Positions 1 to 15,384 of a DNA stretch of 64,000 nucleotides are shown here, in pieces. The position numbers and the translations under genes were made by a program. The number at the start of each line of letters is the position of its first letter. Positions within the stretch are counted from its first letter, which is position 1. Source of the stretch: Eledone cirrhosa (lineage: Eukaryota). Location: assembly GCA_964016885.1 (NCBI GenBank), contig OZ024741.1:231818001-231882000 (forward strand), given 5' to 3'. A model generated the notes under the pieces. The model was not told the origin of the DNA. It made no database searches and worked only from the letters and a program-made list of their open reading frames with translations.

Positions 1-693
1 CTAATGTCTGCGCAAGAGTCGGCCCTCAAAACGAAGTGGCTGAAACACCATATTTACAAGGAGGAGGCTAGCCCACTGTGTAGGATCTGTGGAGAGAGAG
101 AGGAGACTGGGGCTCACATTGTATCCGTGTGTAAACACCTATCCCAGACTCACTATAAAGGCTGGAGACATGATGTGATGGGCAGGGTGATCCACTGGCA
201 CCTATGCAAAGTAAATAATTTACCACATTCTGAGATGTGGTATGAGCATAAGCAAGAGTCGGTGATAGAAAACGACCAGGTGAAGGTGCTGTAGGATTTT
301 AGGATACAGATGGACAAGAAACTCGAACACAATAGACCTGACCTGGTGGTTTTGGACAAGGAAAAAAGATCGTTGTGCCTGATTGTGGATGTGGCCTGCC
401 CATTCGACACGAGAGTGCAAAAGAAAGAGAGGGAGAAAATTAACGATTCCAGGACTTAAAATGGGGGTAAAAAGGATTTGGAACTGCCATGAAGTCAAAG
501 TGGTCCCGATTGTCATAGGCGCACTAGGTACTATCTCAAAATGTTTCCAGGGATGGTTAAAGAAAATTGGCCCCGCCCTGCTTTTTGGAACACTTCAAAA
601 GGATGCTTGAGATTCATTTCAACAAACTTTCCAGTTAACTAACATCAATGACTGAGACTCAAAGAACAACAATAATAATAATAATAATAATAA
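1..693 (+). mobile_element. 3' end of a restriction-like endonuclease non-LTR retrotransposon (R4/Dong-like), disrupted
   Basis: CRICGEREETGAHIVSVC zinc knuckle and RHD motif. After a stop at 292-294 the same frame reads NRPDLVVLDK..LIVDVACPFD; a shifted frame reads VVPIVIGALG. Ends in an (AAT)n tail. Confidence 0.85.
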
Positions 694-694
694 T

Positions 695-3600
695 GCATTC
701 TTTATTAACCACAAAGATTTACATAAAGTAGACATTAAGGACAGTACAGGCCGATACAGGACGGTACAGATGGACATTCCTGCGTGTAAAAAAAACAGAG
801 GATGTAATAAAAAATAACAATGAAAAATTCCCCAATAGGTGGGAGACTTCCATGGGACATTTGTGGAGAAAGCCCATTAAAAAGCCAGAGTGACCCTGAC
901 CATAGGTGCAAGTTCCCTCTCCCAGTTTTCACCTATAATGTACAGACACATACTCAGAGTAGGCCCATTCACTCGAGCCATACTTGCTTTTCTCACCCAT
1001 CTTTCAACAAAATGCTGGGAAGAGAGCACTTCCCTCTCTACCCTGATTTTCCTTTTCAAATGAAATTTGAAAAAGTTAATCAGAGCATCACCGAAGAGGT
1101 AAGTGCTCGTCTTAAGCCCTTTCAAACGTGTCCACCATACTATCTCTTTCGCCATGGCCACCAGGCAGATAAAAACTGTCTACCCTTCCCTGCAAAAGGA
1201 AGAGGGCGGGGCAATCCTCACGATGGACTCAGCTGGTAGCTGGATCCGTCCTACACGTGACAGTGTTCGACATAAACCCACAAGTCAGCTATGCTCGGAC
1301 ACTGGACGAGTACGTGCAGGACGGTTTCGTCGCCCTTCGCGCATCTCGAACATGCCCTGCTGACAGCACTTCCAAGCCTGTAGAGTGTTTAGAACTGGCA
1401 AAGCTCCTCGGTAGCACTGCCATGCCAGGGATTTCTGGAAGTTTTCCAAAGGCCCCGGCCCGAAAGTCCTTCTGAAGAGATTGGCTAGTTGATTTTCGTC
1501 GACGCCTAGAGTTTCCCCAAGTACCTCGTCGCTCTTCCCTTCCACTAATCCTCTATAGAACGCCAAGGTGGAGTTTCCACCAATCACATTGCCCGATTGG
1601 TCGAGGGCTGTGAGCGCCTGAATACATTCCAGTCTCCAAGCGCTCCCTCCCGGTCTTCGCTTGACCCAGGACTGCAGCTTCGTCAAGGAGATGAGCTGGG
1701 GAAAGACGCGTCTAGCAAACCGCGACCACACCTGATCACCGTCGAGGAAGAGGTGGAGATGTCGTGGGACTGAGCGCGTGTCTGTGCATTATCAGCCACG
1801 GCATGCCCAGCCCTCCACGTAGCGGGTGTTGACAGCAGATGGACCGCCTGACCATCGGAGCGCGTCCCTTCCACAAAAAGCGAAAGAGCAAACGCTCCAG
1901 CGCAGTCAGGCGGGGCTTAGAACAAGGTACGACGGTCAGGCGGTAGTAGATGACGGACGCGATGTGCGCGTTAGCCACCCCCGCTTGATCTTTCAGGGAT
2001 AGTTTCCTCTCCGCCCATTTCTGGGTGAGAGAAGCCACCCTGCTCGTCACCTCGTCCCAGTTTTTGTCCGTCTGGGGGTCCGGACCGAACCAGACCCCTA
2101 GCAATTTAACCGGTCCGTCCGTCAAGCGCCCGACGACGCTGTTGGACGGCATGGACCTGTCTCTCCAGAGCCGAGCTGCAGGCCCACTGACTTTTCCTGG
2201 TTAATCATTGCTCCTGTCACCGCTTCGTATTCTGTTAGTGTAGTGCCGATCGCCTCGATGTGATTGGCGTTCGACACCACTACGGTGACATCGTCTGTAT
2301 ATATTGACACGGATCTTCCATATCCTAGATCGCGCGGGACCCCCTCACATTCTCCAGTTTGTGCAGTAATGGCTCGAGAGTCAATACGTACAAGAGGGAC
2401 GAGAGGGAACATCGTTGGCGGACCGAGCGCATGATGTTGAACGGTTCGGAAAGGTGGCCGTTCACTCTCACCACAGAACAGATGTCGCTGTGCATGGCAG
2501 CAATCCAGCCTCTGAAGACGGGCCCAAAGCCAGCCGCCCTCAGGACTGCCGCTAGGTAACGCTGGTCGACCCTATCGAAAGCTTTCGACTGATCTAAATT
2601 GATCAAGGACCCACCCGTGCCAGGTTCCCTAGCTACCCTCTCTACGATGTATCGCATGAGGTGGAGGTTGTCGTGGATGGATCTGTCGGGAATGGCGCAA
2701 GTCTACACCTCTCCCACCAGACCACCAACGACAAGCTCCAATCTCTTTGCTTGCACTTTGGCCAAAATCTTGAATTCTGTGTTTAGCAGAGTTATGGGCC
2801 TGAAATTATCTATGTTATCCCCTTTGTTCGGATCCTTTCTCAGCAGCGCCACAGCTCCTCGGCTCACAGAGCTCGGAATTCTCCTGTTCTGTTGACAGTT
2901 GCAGTAGACGTCCGCCAAGAGGCCTCCGAACATGCCTGGCATCTGTACGTAAAGTTCATAGGGCATACCATCCAAACCAGGCGATATACCCCTTGTGCAG
3001 ACAGTCATTGCCTCCCCTACTTCAGCGGCTGTTATCGGCTTTTAGCAACACTCCGCCTCAGTGGCCGAGAGACGCGGCAGTCCATCGAGGTAGAGACTAA
3101 AGTCCATCCCTCGATTCGGCCCGCGCTGCCCCCGAACAGCTGGGCGAAGTGTCGCTGAAAAGCTTCACACATTTGCCCGGGATCGAGTAGCATGCGCCCG
3201 TCGTGGTCCACCAAAGACAGGATCGTGTCTTTGTTGCCACGATGCGCCAACGCCACTCGGGCCCATTAAACGGCTTTCGTCCCCTCGTGTCTATGAGCAC
3301 GCACCCTTGCTCTGACAACGCAGCCTTCGTCCTTTGCATTGAAGAATTGGTCAAGGGCCAATTTCGCCGCAAGTACGTCGGTCGCGATGCCTTTTCTAAG
3401 CGCCTCGTCTAATTTTCTAACTAGTTCTCCCTCTGCTCTATTTTTCTCTATTGCTAACGCCTTACTAAATCTAATGGACTCTATTCTAATCGCTCTTTTC
3501 AGAGCAAACCACCACTTGTTGTTGACGATGGCCCCCGTCAACGCCCGCTTAACTAGTTCGCTAATCCGGTCTCTGTAGGCCTTGCGCGCTGGTAAGGACG

Positions 3601-3720
3601 CGTTTAGCTTCCAGTAGCCGGGTCCTCGTCTATGGAGCCTATCTGAGCTAAGCACATAGATCACTAATTTGTGGTCCGTGTAGCTGACTATCTTGAAAAA
3701 GCGGAAGAGGAGGCGCTCCA
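695..3720 (-). mobile_element. Tx1/L1-clade LINE, 5'-truncated ORF2 pseudogene with 3' UTR
   Basis: Frameshifted pieces read GPGYWKLN, SPGLDG, NFRPITLLN, LDQSKAFDRV, YTDD, LGVWFG and GGLGMP. Minus-strand AATAAA at about 701-706 precedes a (TAT)n tail. Confidence 0.9.
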
Positions 3721-4838
3721 TTTTCGTGAGAGTTGGGCTGGAGCAAGGGACGACGGTGAGGCGGTAGCAGATGACAGATGCGATGTACGCATTCTACACC
3801 TCCTCCCGGCCTTTCAGGGACAGCTTCCTCTCAGCCCATTTCTGGGTGAGTGAGGCCAGCCTGCTCGTCACCGCGTTCCAGTTTTTCTCCAACTGGAAGT
3901 CCGGTCCGAACCAGTTCCCGAAGAATTTTTCGGCCCGTCCGTCCAACGCCTCACGACACTGTCGGTCGGCATGTACTTTCCTCTCCAGGTGCCGAGCTGC
4001 AAGCCCACCGACTTTTCCTGGTTTATCTTTGCTCCTGTCACCGCTTCGTATTACTTGAGAGCGGTGCCTAGCATCTTGACGTGTCTGGTGCTCAACACCA
4101 GCATGGTGACGTCGTAGGCGTAAGCCGACTCGGATTTCCCGCATCCTAGTTCGCGTGGGACGCCCCTCATCGCCCCCAGTTTGGGCAGTAACGGCTCGAG
4201 AGCCAATACGTACAAGGGGGGCGAAAGTGGACAACCCTGGCAGACTGAGCGCATGATGCTGAACGGCTGCGACACGTGACCGTTCACCCTCACAACTGAG
4301 CAGATGTCGCTGTACATTGCTGCGATCCAACCCCTGAAAACGGGCCCGAAACCGGCTGCCTCGAGGACTGCCACCAGGTACCGATGGTTGACCCTATCGA
4401 ATGCTTTGGATTGACCAAGTTGATCAGGGCCCCACCCTTGCCAGGTTCCTTAACCACCCTCTCTATGATGTATCGCATGAGGTGGAGGTTGTCGTGTATG
4501 GATCTGTCCGGAATGGCGCATGTCTGCGTTTCTCCCACCAGACCCTTGACGACAAGCGCCAACCTCGTTGCTAACATCTTGGCCCAAATCTTGACCTCTG
4601 CGTTTAGCAGGGTTATTGGCCTGAAATTATCGATACCATCCCCCTTGTTCGGATCTTTTCTCAGCAGCACCACTGCTCCCCGGCTCGCAAACTGGGAATG
4701 CTCCCGTTCTACTGCCAGTTGCAGTAGACGTCTGCCAAGAGGTCACCGAACAAGTCTGGCATAAATGCATAAAGCTCGTATGGCAGACTATCCAAACCTG
4801 GCGATTTACCCCTTGTGCAGTTAGCCATCGCTTCCCGT
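3721..4838 (-). mobile_element. Second Tx1-like RT fragment in tandem, paralogous to about 1895-3015
   Basis: Repeats NFRPITLLN, HDNLHLMRY, QGCPLSP and KWAERKLSLKGR; nucleotide similarity to the left copy is visible by eye. Confidence 0.85.
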
Positions 4839-5149
4839 TTTAAAGGTTTGTACTGTTCTATTGAGATTTCGATGATGCTTATGTTTGTCGGGAGAGTTCT
4901 TGGTGTTCGTGGGGTGTAGTAGTTTTTCTGTGATGTCTGTGTGCTGCTTTATATATTGTAGTTCTTTTTTGCCATGTTTATGGCTGTGTACTTTTTGTGG
5001 GGAGGGGTGATTTTGTTGCTGTTTTCTTCTTGTTGCTGTTTGCTGTGTGTCTCTTGTTGTGTTTGCGGTATTGGTGTTATTGGTGATGCTGGTTGTGGTG
5101 GTGTGGTTGTTGTTGTCAGTGGTGCTTAATAATAATAATAATAATAATA

Positions 5150-5662
5150 ATAAAATCCGAAGAGGGCTCGATAAGGATACTATATATATATAGTATATAT
5201 AAAACTGTAGAGCAAATATTTATTTTAAATAACAGATTAAAGATGAAGTAAAGAATCACTGCTTTCACCCTTAACGGGATCTTGTGAAAGTAAAAAATCA
5301 TTCTGTGGACGCAGAAGTAAATATTTCGAAAAACGTTGTCACCGAAGGAAAACAGGAACACGATACTTCGGTTCGTAAGGACGTTCCCTGGCAATGAACG
5401 TAAGAAAGCGGAGATAATACGTGTTTTTCTGTCTTTGCGTGAAATTGTTCTCACGCTTCACATAACGACATATTATCTTCGCTCTTTTCCCGTTTATTGC
5501 CAGAGAACGTCCTCATGTAGCAAAGTATCATCTTCCTGTTTTCCTTCGGTGGTAACATTTTTCGAAATATTTACTTCTGCATCCATAGATTGATTGTCTT
5601 TAGTTTCAGAAGATCTCGTTAAGGGTGCAAGTAACAATTCTTTGCTACACTTTAATCTGTTA

Positions 5663-5670
<8 letters not shown>
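5150..5670. repeat. Inverted pair of PLE pLTR 3' segments, same family as 14520-14945 and 44660-45170
   Basis: aacagatt..gctttcacccttaacgggatctt..gcagaagtaaatatttcgaaaaacgtt on the left, and its reverse complement at about 5550-5670. Confidence 0.8.
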
Positions 5671-5714
<44 letters not shown>

Positions 5715-5716
<2 letters not shown>

Positions 5717-8128
5717 ATTAAATAAATGGAAACTATATTTATAACAACTATAATAGAAAGCATTACAGTAATTCCAAAGGCCAAAAAAGAAATAGAACTA
5801 GGAACATAATTTGGTTTGCCCCCCCTTTCTCACTAAACATTAAAACCCACATCGCTAAACTATTTTTTAAAGCTCTTGATAATCGCTTCCCTAGAACACA
5901 TAGGTATCACTCAATTTTCAATAGACATACAATTAAATTAACCTACTCATCCACCAAAAATTTAGCACAAAATATTAATAGAATAAATAATAGGAACTTA
6001 AAACCTAGTGATAATAGCATAAATAATATACAAGTTAACAAATGTAACTGTAGAGATAGATCTAAATGTCCGTTAAATAACAACTGCTTAGTTAAAAATA
6101 TAGTATACAATTGTAATGTTAAAACTGACCCTAATTCTTTTAACTACGTCGGTTCCACATCGACGGAATTTAAACTTCGCTATAATAACCACAAGAATTC
6201 TTTCACAGATCCAAGCAAGAAATCTTCAACGGCACTATCAGGCGTACTCTGGCAACTTAAGCTAGATATTCGACGGCTTGGAATATAGTCTCAAGAGGGA
6301 TTCCTTTTAATTCATCCTCTGAGACATGTGACCTCTGCGCAGAGGAGATATTCTTTATACTAAAATCTAAAAATTCCCTTAATCTACGGACAAATTTATT
6401 CAGTTGCTGCAAACATAGATTAAACTCAACGTTTAAATATAAATTTAAATTTAAAATGTAGTATATATAGTTTGATTTATAATTATATGGGAAACTAGCC
6501 GATAAATCTTTGATTTCTTCTTTTTATTCTTTTTATTTTATTTTTATTTTTATTTAAACATTCTTCATGAAAAATTAAGCTACCCTAAAAGTTGATGCTC
6601 CAAATATTTCGAATAAACGTTACACTAGATAAACTTCTATATTAAATATAAGAACACATGTAGACCAAATGGGCATCCTAAACTTTTTGAAGTGATTTTT
6701 GCTAGATGCGATTTGATAAATAATTTTTGGCTTTATCTGTTTTTCGACTCTGATGCTTATAATGAACTTGGCAATATATTGTCAATTAATTTTGAAGGGT
6801 TGATCTTTGTGGTTTATTTTTATTATTGTAGTATTTTCTAATATTTTTATTTTTAATATGTTTAATATGTAATATTTTTAATATGTAATACTCTTTCGTA
6901 ATATTTTTTTATTTTTTAGTTTTCTATCTTATTATTACTTATTATTATTATTATTGTTATTTTTTGTTTCTGATATATATTTTTATTAGTATATTGAAAT
7001 CTGCTCTCTATTTCTGCTTGATAGATAATCTTGTAGAGTAAAGACAGGAATAGTAGCAATATTGACTCTATATATATTTGTGTGTGTGTATATACACATA
7101 TATGTATACTTAAATTATTATAGCACAATGAGAATGTTTTCCGTGAACTTAGGGTTTGCAGAGTTGATCATATAAATTCACATAGATGTTTGTATATATT
7201 TGTGTGTATATATATACACATATGTGTATACTTAAATTATTATAGCACAATGAGAATATTTTCCGTGAACTTAGGGTTTGCAGAGTTGATCATATAAATT
7301 CACATAGATGTTTGTAGTTATCACATAAACATATGAATTTTTAAAAAAAACTAAACATAAGATCATTTTCACACATTATGGATACATGTCTCATTCAGGA
7401 ATACTGATATTTACAATATAGTGGCTGGTTTTTATACATACGAATACCTCTACATTAAAACATAGGGTTTTTTTATGCCTCGCCTATGTCTGGTTATTTT
7501 TAATTTTTCTCTCTATATAACAGCTGGTTTCTATCCTAACCACATATATCTCCCTTACATTAATACTAGAGCTAAATAAATAAATAAATAAATAAATGTA
7601 TCATTGATACGTTTACTCAACTGACGTCCCACTACCTAGTTTTCTATATATATGTATCTATCTCTATTTCCTCTCTCTCTCTATATATATATATATTTCT
7701 CTCTCTGTTTCTTTACATGAAGTTCTTCTCTTTATCTATCTTTCCATCTCTCTATTTTGTTCCATGCATTTCTTCTTTTTTCTTCTTTTTCTTCGTTTTC
7801 TGTCTTTCTTTCCTTTTTTTCTCTCTTTCTTTCTCTCTGTGTACAATTTTTTCACTGCCAAATCAACTTTTCAAATACAAGTCGATGTTGTTACGGTATG
7901 TCAAATCTATTTATCTATAAAACTGTTTATATTGTATTTTGTCTGAGGAAGGCATAGCATATTGTTAATATGATATCCCTGAAATATATATAATGAAATA
8001 AATATGGTTTTATAAATATAGTTTCCATTTATTTAATATTGTAAATATACTCCAAATACTTGTTGAGTGCTTTTATATCAGTTATAAATATTTACTAGTT
8101 GTAACCCAACAATTTAAATATAACTTTC
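5715..8128 (+). mobile_element. 5'-truncated Naiad-like PLE: GIY-YIG end, long 3' UTR and HHR
   Basis: Manual translation gives RNIIWFAPPFS..FP..HRYHSIFN and CNCRDRSKCPLNNNCL..IVY..YVGST..FKLRYNNH, then CDLCAEE. Bounded by TA/GT microsatellites. Confidence 0.85.
7935..8000 (+). ncRNA. Type I hammerhead ribozyme
   Basis: TATTTTGT-CTGAGGA-AGG..CATATT-GTT-AATATG..CCT-GAAA-TATATA-TA-ATGAAATA. Stem I has two GU pairs; triplet AUA. Confidence 0.8.
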
Positions 8129-8129
8129 C

Positions 8130-8280
<151 letters not shown>

Positions 8281-8329
8281 TATGGAATGTTTAGAAGTGA
8301 CACATGACTTGATATATATTAGTAAAATA

Positions 8330-9790
8330 AGAAAAACACTAGAAAATGGTAATGTGATTTTGTCATAGAATAACAGAAAAAATATTTATATAAGAAAAAA
8401 AGAAATTTATCGTACCGGTTTCAGCCAGAGGTTGTCGGCTTCTTCATGCTACAGAAGTGTATAATAAAATGTATAATAGAGTTAAAGTGTATAATGATAA
8501 TAATCTAGTGTAAGAGAACATGGTCTACATACATATAGATATATAAATGAGTTCACATTTTCGGTTATGGCTTTCTCTTTTTTCTCTCCTCCATAGTGGT
8601 TTGAAATATAAGTCCGTTTGTGATAGTAATAGTAGTAGAGTGGGAGGAGGAGAAGAAGAAGAAGAAGAAGAAGAAGAAGAAGAAGAAGAAGAAGAAGAAG
8701 AAGAAGAAGAAGAAGAAGAAGAAGAAGAAGAAGAAGAAGAAGAAGAAGAAGAAGAAGAAGAAGAAGAAGAAGAAGAAGGGAGAGGTGTTTCAAAAATAAT
8801 AGGGTCATCGGTCATAAGAAGGAAGGGAAAGATGAAAAAGTGGTAGGCGAAGTAGAATGAGATGATGGGGAGGTGTGGTAGTAATAATATCACTATTAAT
8901 AGTCGTAAAGGTAGCTGTCCGTGGGACTGATTTAAATGGTAGAGTGACCTTAAAGTTGACGGAGGGAGTAATTGTGTCTAAATATTTCTATCTTTATTAG
9001 TATTTCTGTAGGTAATACTGGGTTTCTTAATTCGTCAATTGGTGTTAAAAATTGACCTGCAGTGTGATTGTTTCTAAACATATCTATATTACGGTAAGGA
9101 ATACTGTCTTTCTTAATTTTCCATTGGTGTTAATGTTGGGTGCTATTTGCAGTTTCGTCAGAGGTAGATGCATTTAAACGGAGTTCGTATTTAGTGATAT
9201 TCGTTGCTATTGCACTGAATATGGGAAGCGTTATCTTTAAATTTGTAGAGAGGCAAACATTCTGAAATTGGGTTGTTCATTAGAATCACAGGTAGCAATG
9301 TGTTCAGTCAGTGCTATTTTTCTGTATTCCCATATTTTTATTTGGTATCTATGAACGTTCATACGTTGACGGAGACTGTTTTTATTCTGTCCTATGTACT
9401 GCTCTCGACAGCCTGAGCAAGTTAGCACATATATCAGGTTTTCTGATGCGCATGTGAAATTGTATTACACCGTAAATCGTTGCCCTGTTTGAAGCTGAAC
9501 TCTGATCCCTCTATTAGGTTGACGCATATACAACGGTTGGGTCTTCCACATGTTTGTATTGATGGTTTCGTTGTTATGGTTGACTGGACTTTCGCCTGTG
9601 TAAGGATCTTTTTCATTGATTTGGGTTGTCTTTTACTCTTTATGATGTTGCGCGCTTGAAGGATTTGGTTCTTTCTATGTACCCTTTTTATAAAGGGATG
9701 TTCTGGAAGATGGGGTCGAAGGCCTCGTTGATAAGAGCGTAATGTGTGGTGATGTATGGTAGGGCTTTCAGTTTTGATATATTCTTTAAT
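8330..9790 (-). mobile_element. Poseidon/Penelope-type PLE 3' fragment with (CTT)n in the UTR and a degenerate HHR near 8405-8450
   Basis: LTCSGCREQYIGQNKNSLRQRMNVH (GIY-YIG). Minus strand reads ATGAAGA-AGCC..GGCT-GAAA-CCGG-TA. Confidence 0.75.
8651..8777. repeat. (GAA)n microsatellite
   Basis: Direct reading. Confidence 0.98.
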
Positions 9791-10139
9791 TTGTGGTGTC
9801 TAAGATAGAATGAACCAAATCCCTCAAACGCACATCATAAGGAGCAAACAACAACCCAAATCAATGAAAAGTATCCTAACCCAGGTCGAAGTCCAGTCGA
9901 ACATAACAATGAAACCAACAGTAAAAAGTCTACAATATTATCTGAGAGAAACACCTGTTACATACGACTACAAAAACTAATGTACACACTTATTAGCAGG
10001 AATTACCCACCATCCCTAATTAACAATGGATTAAAAGGTGTCCTAAAAAATGAATTGAAATTGAAATCCTTAACATACATCTCCACACACGACTATATAC
10101 GATAATTTGCCACAAGCCACCAAATTAATTGACCGCCAA

Positions 10140-12430
10140 AGTACAAGAACAGAAAGAGCCATCTAACCCGCAGTGCTTGCGGCATCTGGTGAATCCTGGC
10201 TTGGTGGATACGAGAGAGTAGTAACACAGTCATGGAAGTAATGTGCTCCTGGATCGAAAACTGGTCGTGAATATGTTTAAAAATCCTATTACATATCGAA
10301 CCAGAAAAATACGCCGCTGAACAGGTTCACCTCCCGGATGTCATAGCTGTAAACCTGGTCATTTATGGCAATAATCTGTATTGCATCTGTGCGGGGGAAC
10401 GGGCCAGTTCACAACTGTTTGTCCCCAACAGAACACAAGGAACCATGGGACTCACCTGCTGCAAACACCAGGATCAAAAGGACCCACACAAACAACAAAA
10501 CCAACAACCATCATTACCAGCCATGGCGCCAACATCGGCAGCAGCAGTAGCATCAAGAGGTAAACCAACATGAGCAGTGCAGCAACACCAGAAACAACAG
10601 CAACTTCAACAACAAGACCGGCATTAGCAACAGAAACACCAGCACCATCAAATCCTACAACAACATCAAGAGTAGCCATAGAACCACCACCACCAGCTCC
10701 AGCAGCAACAGTAAGAATCATAAAACCACGCAGGGGATCTCCCAGCACAGCTCTCCCACTTCCACTCTTCCAATCATAAACACATACACATTAACCCATC
10801 CATTCACTCCACAATACCCATCTACGTCAAATGACTTTGAAAGACATACCTCTTCTTCTTGCAGCGACGAAAAGAAGGAATACCAAAAGGACAAGAAACA
10901 GAAAATGAAATATCCTACACCATTCTAACACACAGCAACATAGACGTCAGAAACCACTCCCAGAACAAATACAAACACAACTGCTACAACAGCAAACCCA
11001 ACATAACTTCAGCCGCAAACACAACCACCACCGCTACCTACATTATTCACGAAATAAAAACACAAACAACAACAACAACCAACAACACAGAGAGCAAAGA
11101 TCTTGTTAGTGAGAAAGGTAAACGAAGAATTGATGACCCAAATAGTGCGAAGGGAGAGAGGGAGACATGTTCGGCAAAAAGAGATCTGAAGTGACGCAAA
11201 CTTACATAATGGTAGGAAACAGCCCGGGAAATGATAAAGTCAATAGGTAAAGCTACAGCTGTGACGTGGGAAACCCTCCTGTAAATGTTAGCAGTATGTT
11301 TTTAAAGCGGTTCCAAAGAAAGTACAAGTAGATATAAATGTCAAACAACCCGATCTCCAACATTACACAGAGGGGACTTAGCCCTCCAACAAACATGGCA
11401 ATTCTAAATCTTGGGTGAATAAATGTACCTGCCCTGGAGTGGTGCTGAAGCAATGTCCTTTGCTCAACGAACTTAGGTCACTAGCTATGGATATGTCTGC
11501 CGTCAACCAGGCGAGGATTTCTTACACGTGTGATTTGGCTCTCATTCCTGTCACTTTTAAGATCTAGGTTTCTCTTCATTGGGCTGGAATGGGATGAGAG
11601 GTAGCCGGGATGCTTAGCAAAGACCTGGATCTCCAGGTACGGACGATTTTCCTGAACCCAGATTATAACTTGGTGGTCCTAGATGTGAGCAATTGCAAAT
11701 GTGGTGCTTTTAGAGGTGTGACCATCTACGCCATGAATAGGATAGGGCGACTGGATTTCATTAGGTGACAAGGAGACTTTCTATAAACATATCGTTATTA
11801 GCTGTTTGTGAGAGAGACAGGAATGGTATCTTAGACGTATGCTGGAATTTTGCGGGAGTAGATAATAGATATGTGGGTTGTGTGCAAAACACTAAAGGTT
11901 CTGATGCGTCACTTCCAACTGTCTGAAATTTAGGATCTAGATATCCATAATGCACCAGTGTGGGCCTGAACAAATTTCCTATGATCATCTACGTCGTATA
12001 TAGATAGGTCTTTGATTAAGCTTAGCAGATAAGGATAGCATAGGGTATCCACAATTGCAAACTGTCACCTGCTCATAGCACAGATTCCTAATCTGCATGG
12101 TTGACCTAGATAGAACATGTAGTCAGCGACATGATTACTGGAAGCTTAACGCTTTGTTCCCGGTGTGTAAAGCGTACAGTAACCAGATTGCCACATTAGG
12201 TAAGCACTAGAGTCTGTTGTCAACAAGAGTTGGTAGAGCGCTAGGAAGATAGCAATTAGAATAGAATCGATACTATTTCGTAAAGGAGAAATGATAAAAA
12301 ATGGAATGGCAGATAGTAGCGGAGGAGATTAGCAGAGGCATTGAAACAGTGGTGCTTGCTTGAGAAAGGCACTAAGCCACTTCTTCAACGTGAACACGTT
12401 GCTTGTATCGTCAAAACTAAGGTGTGTGCT
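10140..12430 (+). mobile_element. Old Tx1-like LINE relic (ORF1-like Thr/Pro-rich region and APE endonuclease part of ORF2)
   Basis: Putative ORF2 start ATGGCAATTCTAAATCTTGGG at about 11395; ctcaacgaacttaggtc resembles the 21.5 kb copy; YWKLN at about 12136-12150. Confidence 0.6.
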
Positions 12431-13169
12431 GCTCTATTCCATGCATATATATATGATGTTTCAGATGCACTTTTCACGACTCTTTAGGGGATGGATTATC
12501 GGAGGTGGTAGCGGACTACTGTTCATACCTCGAGAGCCTTCTGTAACACTCGTGGGATAAAACAAACTGGTGTGAAAAGCCGTCGACAGCACTCGAGATG
12601 GGAGACATATTTTCTTGCGCTTGTTCTGACAATCTTCCAAAATAATATTATTGATGAGAAGCTAAACATTACAACCCTTTGACATACGTTTATATCTTTT
12701 TGCTCGAAGTGCAAGATTCCATTTTCTGTTAGGACATTATAAGTGTATTATTTAAAAAATGTTAATTTCTTATATATAGTTAAGCAGGTTATAAATCTAT
12801 AATGTTTGTTCATTGATCCTAGGGGCATTTACTTGTGTTTTTGTTTTCACTCCAGAATTCCTGCATGTCATTTTTCCATTAAATATATTTTACTCTAAAT
12901 TATGTTTTTGACTTATTTCTTTTAGATCAGAGTGAACTTTACATACCGTAATATGGTGGTAGCTAAAACATAGAAAAATTTGCCAGTCAGCAATATGTTC
13001 TGTATTTCTTTCACGTGTGGCATTCCAGATGTTTAGTTCAAATATTTTTTAAATCCCGCTTTTATCATCCCAAGTTCACCAACTATCACTGACAACAAGC
13101 TTTAAGATGCAACATTCTCTCAATTTGTATTCATATTTACAGGATGAATGCATATATGTAAATCTCAAT

Positions 13170-13333
13170 TCTACTTTTGAAAAGCACAAGAACTGCGAAA
13201 CCGGTAAAGGAAACAAATAAATATTTTTTAAAAGACTCCAGTTGCATTTTCATTTCATCTTTTTCCCTTATACTTTCATTCGTGTAGGACATCGCGTTTC
13301 TTTTCATTTTGTAAAAAAAAACTCATTTTCTAA
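13170..13333 (+). repeat. pLTR 3' fragment carrying the 3' half of an HHR, same family as 51831-52020
   Basis: agaactgc-GAAA-CCGG-TA-aaggaa..ctccagttgcatttt..cgtgtaggaca..ttctaa then (TA)n. Confidence 0.75.
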
Positions 13334-13344
13334 TATATATATAT

Positions 13345-14945
<1,601 letters not shown>

Positions 14946-15054
14946 AATTTATATATATAGGAACGATCGACTTTCGTCAAATCGGACCGAGGGAACAATG
15001 TTTCCGTTGGTCTTTCCAATTGCTAATACTATCTATCGGTCGCAACTCCAGGTA

Positions 15055-15174
15055 GAAGGAGCAACGTGAAATAAAGTGTCTTGCTCAAGGACATAACGCA
15101 TCGCCTGGTCCAGGAATCGAACTCACAACCTCACGATTGTGAATCCAATTCTCTAACCACTCAGCCACACGCCT
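15055..15174 (-). mobile_element. tRNA-derived SINE 5' fragment
   Basis: Minus strand has A box (TGGCTGAGTGG) and B box (GTTCGATTCC), followed by gtccttgagcaagacacttt. Confidence 0.8.
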
Positions 15175-15269
15175 TTGTTAAGATTTTTTTACAAAATTTT
15201 TTACAAAATTTTGCTTTTAAGAAACCACTGGTAAATGGAATAATTGCATTATGTTATTTATTACATTAC

Positions 15270-15302
<33 letters not shown>

Positions 15303-15384
15303 ATAGTAATGTAATAAATAACATAATGCAATTATTCCATTTACCAGTGGTTTCTTAAAAGCAACATTTTGTAAAAAAATCTTA

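Noticed and set aside
8482-8893. Poly-Glu, poly-Ser and poly-Leu ORFs
   Set aside because: They are frames of the (GAA)n tract.
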